Source: the human T2T-CHM13v2.0 reference genome, Homo sapiens | Direction of reading: 5' to 3' | Assembly (NCBI GenBank): GCA_009914755.4 | Contig: CP086569.2 | Coordinates: 14,688,001-14,752,000, forward strand | Length of the DNA stretch: 64,000 nt | Shown: piece after piece, positions 59,794 through 64,000 of the stretch | Position numbering within the stretch: position 1 is the stretch's first letter | Layout of the letters: every line of letters starts with the position of its first letter | Program-made: the position numbers and the translations under genes | The notes under the pieces: model-generated | The model's input: the letters and a program-made list of their open reading frames with translations, nothing else | Databases searched by the model: none | What the model was told of the DNA's origin: nothing

Positions 59794-61729
59794 TAAGTAA
59801 TCTTGTCTTCTATAGTGTCTAATATTTTAAAAATTCCATTTGGCATGTTTTTCATTTCTTCCTTTTTACGTTTGGAAGTTCTACACAGCTCTGTTCTGTA
59901 TCTTTCATTCCTTTCCTCCCTATGTCCATGTTTTCCTCTACATTATTGGGAATATGGAGCATATTTATAATAGCCTTTAAATGTCCTTTGCTGTTAATTT
60001 TATCATCTCTATAATGTCTCGTCCTGCTTCTGTAGATCTTGTTTTTCCCACTTTGTTTATGTGCCACAATTTCCTTCTTATTTGCACAGTGAATTACTTT
60101 TGGTTGGATCTCAAATTTTTGGGTTTTGAATTTTGCTATATCTTTCTAGAAAGCTTTAGACTTTGTTGTAGCATGTAATTAAGTTCCTTTTGAGATAATT
60201 TTTTTTTATTTTGAGGTTTCTTTCAAGTTTCTTAGGGTAAGATTAGAGTAACCTTTAGACTACGCCTAATTTATCCCATTACTAAAGTGATATCCTTCTG
60301 AGGATTCTAGCCAGCGCTTCATGAGTTGTGCATTCTCTCCACGTTGACTGTTTGAAATGTGGTTAGAATGGTTTCCTTTACTGATGTCTGGTTGTTCTTT
60401 CCTTAGACTTATGCAGTTTGAAGCCATGCACATTAAGGTCAGTATTCAGCTAAAAATGAAGAGGTCCCTCTGAACCTCTCCAGGTTTCTCTCTTCATGCA
60501 GTATCATCCTGCTTGATAGTCTACCCACAAGAGCTGGCCATCTCAGCCTCAATCTTTAGTCTATTTCTCCACAACTTGAAAATATGGCAGAACTATCTTG
60601 GGATCAGCCTTCCTTGCACTGTAGATTTGAAACTGCATCAAAATCATTCATTTTTTGGCAAAATTGAAATTCATCTCATTTGTGTCTTTTTAGGTTTTCT
60701 TGTCTTGTGCCAACTATTGTCCAATGTCTGAAGAAAGTGGCTGCATACAAGAGGCCTTCAGAAAGTTCATGGAAAAATGTAATCAAAAGCTAAAAATAAA
60801 ACATATAAACTTTGTTTCCCCACATAAGCTCCATCAAGCTTTGATGTTACCAGCCAATTAGTCCATCCCTAAAAAACTGAGTGTTCTGGGAATTTAAACA
60901 TGTCGATGTAGGTTTTGAAAAATATCATTCACTGAAGAAAAATAGGTGCCCTTTAAAGATTCTTATAAGAACAGGAAACAAAAACAAGTCAGAAGGAGAG
61001 AAATCAGGACTGTAAGTTGGATGCCTAATGATTTCTCATTGAAATTCTGGCAAAATTTCTTCCCTTTGATGAGAGGAATGAGCAGGGGCATTATTGTGGT
61101 GGAAAAGGGCTCCCTCTTGAAGCTTCCTTGGGCATTTTTCTTCTAAAGCTTTGGCTAACTCTCTTAAAATACTCTCAAATAACATATATCCAATGTTCAC
61201 TTTTGTGCAAAGTTTTAGTATTAAAATGAGATGGAATTTGGCTCATTACATTGAAAGGTGAACTGTAAGACTATACAAAGTTTGTGCACAGCCTCTATAA
61301 GTTAACTGAAACTGACTTATGGTCTGCACTTGCTTATCAGAAAATAATCTTCGTAAGGCCAGTCTTCTGTCCAATTAGAGAGTTGTAGAGGTCTGAGTTG
61401 TAAACTAGAGTTACGATAGCTGCGATTGTTGACAAGTTCAGCTGTAGGAACTTAGAAATGTAACATGGCAACCAGGCCCTGAACCGTCTACCCATAGGTA
61501 ACTTGGGTTATTTAACCTTAGCGTACCTCTCAGTTGATAAAGGAACATCTATTTTGGTCTCTCAGGTCATACCCACTAGGTCCCAATAACACCTTCCTTC
61601 CAGTTGTGAGGGATAACAATGTCTCCAGAAATTATGTAATGTCCCCTGGGAACCAGTCCCTTAACTTTTGGAATTTGCAGTTTCCCTTACTTGTTCATAA
61701 TGAGGAAATGATGTTCCATTTGCATTAGA

Positions 61730-62084
61730 GTATTAGTCTGTTTTCATACTGGTATAAAGAACTGCCCAAGACTGGATAATTTATGAAGAAAAGAGGTTTA
61801 ATTGACTCACAATTCAGCATGGCTGGGGAGGCCTACGGAAACTTACAACCATGGTGGAAGGCAAAGGGGAAGCAAGGCAGCAGGAAGGAGAAGTGCCAAG
61901 TGAAGGGGGAAGAGCCCTTATAAAACTGTCAGATCTGATAACTCAATATCATGAGAACGGCATGGGGGAAAGTGCCCCCATGATTCGGTTACCTCCACCT
62001 GGTCTCTCCCTTGACACATGGGGATTATGGGAACTACAATTCAAGATGAGACTTGGGTGGGAACTCAAAGCACAGCCATGTCAA
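61730..62084 (-). mobile_element. MaLR LTR (MST/THE1-like), solo LTR
   Basis: gtattagtctgttttcatactggtataaagaactgcccaagactggataatttatgaagaaaagaggtttaattgactcacaattcagcatggctggggaggcctacggaaacttacaaccatggtggaaggcaaaggggaagcaaggc...cccatgattcggttacctccacctggtctctcccttgacacatggggattatgggaactacaattcaagatgagacttgggtgggaactcaaagcacagccatgtca is the reverse complement of the THE1/MST consensus. Confidence 0.85.
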
Positions 62085-63636
62085 TTAGTTTGTATTTCAT
62101 TTTGTGATGATCCAACCAGTCCAATAGTGATATAATACAGTAGTGTATAAACAAAGAAATAAGAAATTTCAAGGAAGATCTCTAAGAAGGTAAAATATGA
62201 ATCACTTTTCTTTTTGTAACTTGGATGGATGTGATGAGTTTGTAGAATTTGACCATGTTTGTGAAATTATTTGAGATGGTAACCTATTTGAAACTGAATA
62301 ATATGAATCAAAGAGTAAACAAGTATATTTGACAACTTTATAATTTACTCCTCTTTAAAAGAAATTACTTATCTGAGGATTTTAGGCCATCTATAATTAA
62401 TTTATATGTATTCTCATTATTTCTTGTAAAATTTCTACAACTGTCTTTAAAAATTCTGATGCTAATAAAGGTGGCTAGCACTGATTGCACCTTTATATTG
62501 CACCTTTCTTATGTGCTAGTATCTGTGCTATGTGTTTTGGATGATGTATTTAAGGCTTAGGGTAATATTTTATCCTCCTTTTATATTTGAAGAAACTTAC
62601 ACTTGCAAAATTAATTTGGCCCCTAAATTATATAGCAGTTATCTTACGAATTTGTCATGCTCTGAAGGGGACGTGCTGTATTTGTTTCTGTTCCCTCTCA
62701 TTTGCTATTTCTGTTCTTTGTTTCTGTTCCATCTTTCTTCAGTTTTCCACATCACTTTTACCTCCTTAAATCATTTTCAGTATTTGTGACTCTTCTTTAA
62801 AGCTTTGTGTTTGTCTAATTATTTGTTGATCTCATGCTTATATCTGTAACTTCCCACATGTACCATTATTATAATGCAAACTAAACTGTTATATGATTTT
62901 TACCTGTTTGGTAGTAAATGTGTAAACTGTAAGCATAGTGGGTCATCATTTTCACAGTTTTATCTGTTCACCACTAGATTCCTAGTACCTAGTACCTAGA
63001 ATGCCAGTTTGGTCTATAACAATATACAAATGGTTCAGTGGGCTGAACATTGCATTGGCATTTTGATAATTACTACTAACAAATGCAGAAAGTAGGGGAG
63101 GGAAAGAAATCATAGTTTAACTAAAGTACCCAAACCATCCCTAATTCTCTGGGATTTGTGAACTTCTTGAACTATTATGTGCCTCATGATATTCTAGAAA
63201 TCTTTCAGTAAGATTCTGAAGTGTTGCTGACTCATACAAGTTGACACATTTGTTTTCAAAATAAATAGAAAAGCTAGGCCAAGAAGAAGGAAGCCAAGAT
63301 AAACATAAGTAAAGATTACGATAATTGAAAGAAGAGGGTATGTACTTGTAGAAAAGCGACTTCCCTAATATGCATGTTTCTGATTTTCTCCTAATTTTAT
63401 ATTATTCATGGCCAATGTCTATAATTTGCCTGGGAATCCAATTAATTGCAATCACATCTAACAAAATGGTATTTATAATTGGGTTTCCAAGCAAATTATA
63501 CTAACATTTCTGAGCATAAATTAGTAATATTTGAATGGATTTTTTTTTTTTAAATTTCATGCCTGCTTAGTGTTTAGATGCCTTCTTTGAAAGAGACACC
63601 TGGCCGTTTTGCTTACTTTTTTAAAAGTATACTATC

Positions 63637-63937
63637 TTTTTTTTTTTTTTTGAGGTGGAGTTTCATTCACTCTGTTGTCTGGGCTGGAGAGCAGTGCCAC
63701 AATTTTGGCTCACTGCAACCTCCATTTTCAGGTTGAAGCTATTATACTGCCTAAGCCTCCCCAGTAGCTGGGATTACAGGTGTGAGCCTCCACACGTGGC
63801 TAATTTTTTGTATTTTTAGTAGAGGCATGGTTTTGCTATGTTAGCCAGTTTGGTCACAAACTCCTGGCCTCAAGTGATCTGGCTGCCTTGACCTACCAAA
63901 GTGCTAGGATTACAGGCATGAGCCACCACACCCAGCC
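63637..63937 (-). mobile_element. Full-length Alu flanked by an ~11-bp target-site duplication (aagtatactat)
   Basis: tttttttttttttttgaggtggagtttcattcactctgttgtctgggctggagagcagtgccacaattttggctcactgcaacctccattttcaggttgaagctattatactgcctaagcctccccagtagctgggattacaggtgtgagcctccacacgtggc...gctaggattacaggcatgagccaccacacccagcc. Flanks: aaaagtatactatc before and aagtatactattttg after. Confidence 0.9.
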
Positions 63938-64000
63938 AAGTATACTATTTTGTTTTTAATAGAAACTATACATGCCCATTAAATATTAATAAAACAAACT

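Overview
This window reads as primate (almost certainly human or great-ape) nuclear DNA from an AT-rich, gene-poor segment dominated by transposable elements. It is not a prokaryotic or phage locus. I can directly recognise about 23 Alu copies, pieces of at least eight L1 insertions, six to eight LTR retrotransposon elements, several DNA-transposon-derived MITEs, and more than 15 microsatellites or low-complexity tracts. The L1s include a young L1PA whose intact 5' end lies at 1599 and whose body runs off the left edge, and a near-full-length 5.8-kb L1PA at 25382..31182. The LTRs include three MaLR/THE1-MST LTRs, an ERV1-like solo LTR, an ERVK-like solo LTR, two inverted LTR12/HERV9 LTRs, and a third LTR12-related LTR. 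Together the recognised repeats cover at least 35-40% of the window. I can support no protein-coding gene, rRNA, tRNA, CRISPR array or operon-like system. Almost every ORF in the six-frame track lies inside an Alu, L1, LTR or low-complexity tract and is a translation artefact; the L1 ORF1/ORF2 remnants are decayed. The most notable structures are a cluster of three ERV9-type LTRs bracketing a roughly 10-kb segment, a 306-bp tract that is pure pyrimidine on the + strand, and a roughly 700-bp inverted-repeat structure. All coordinates are approximate, typically within 10 bp for repeat boundaries, because they were read by eye from the sequence.
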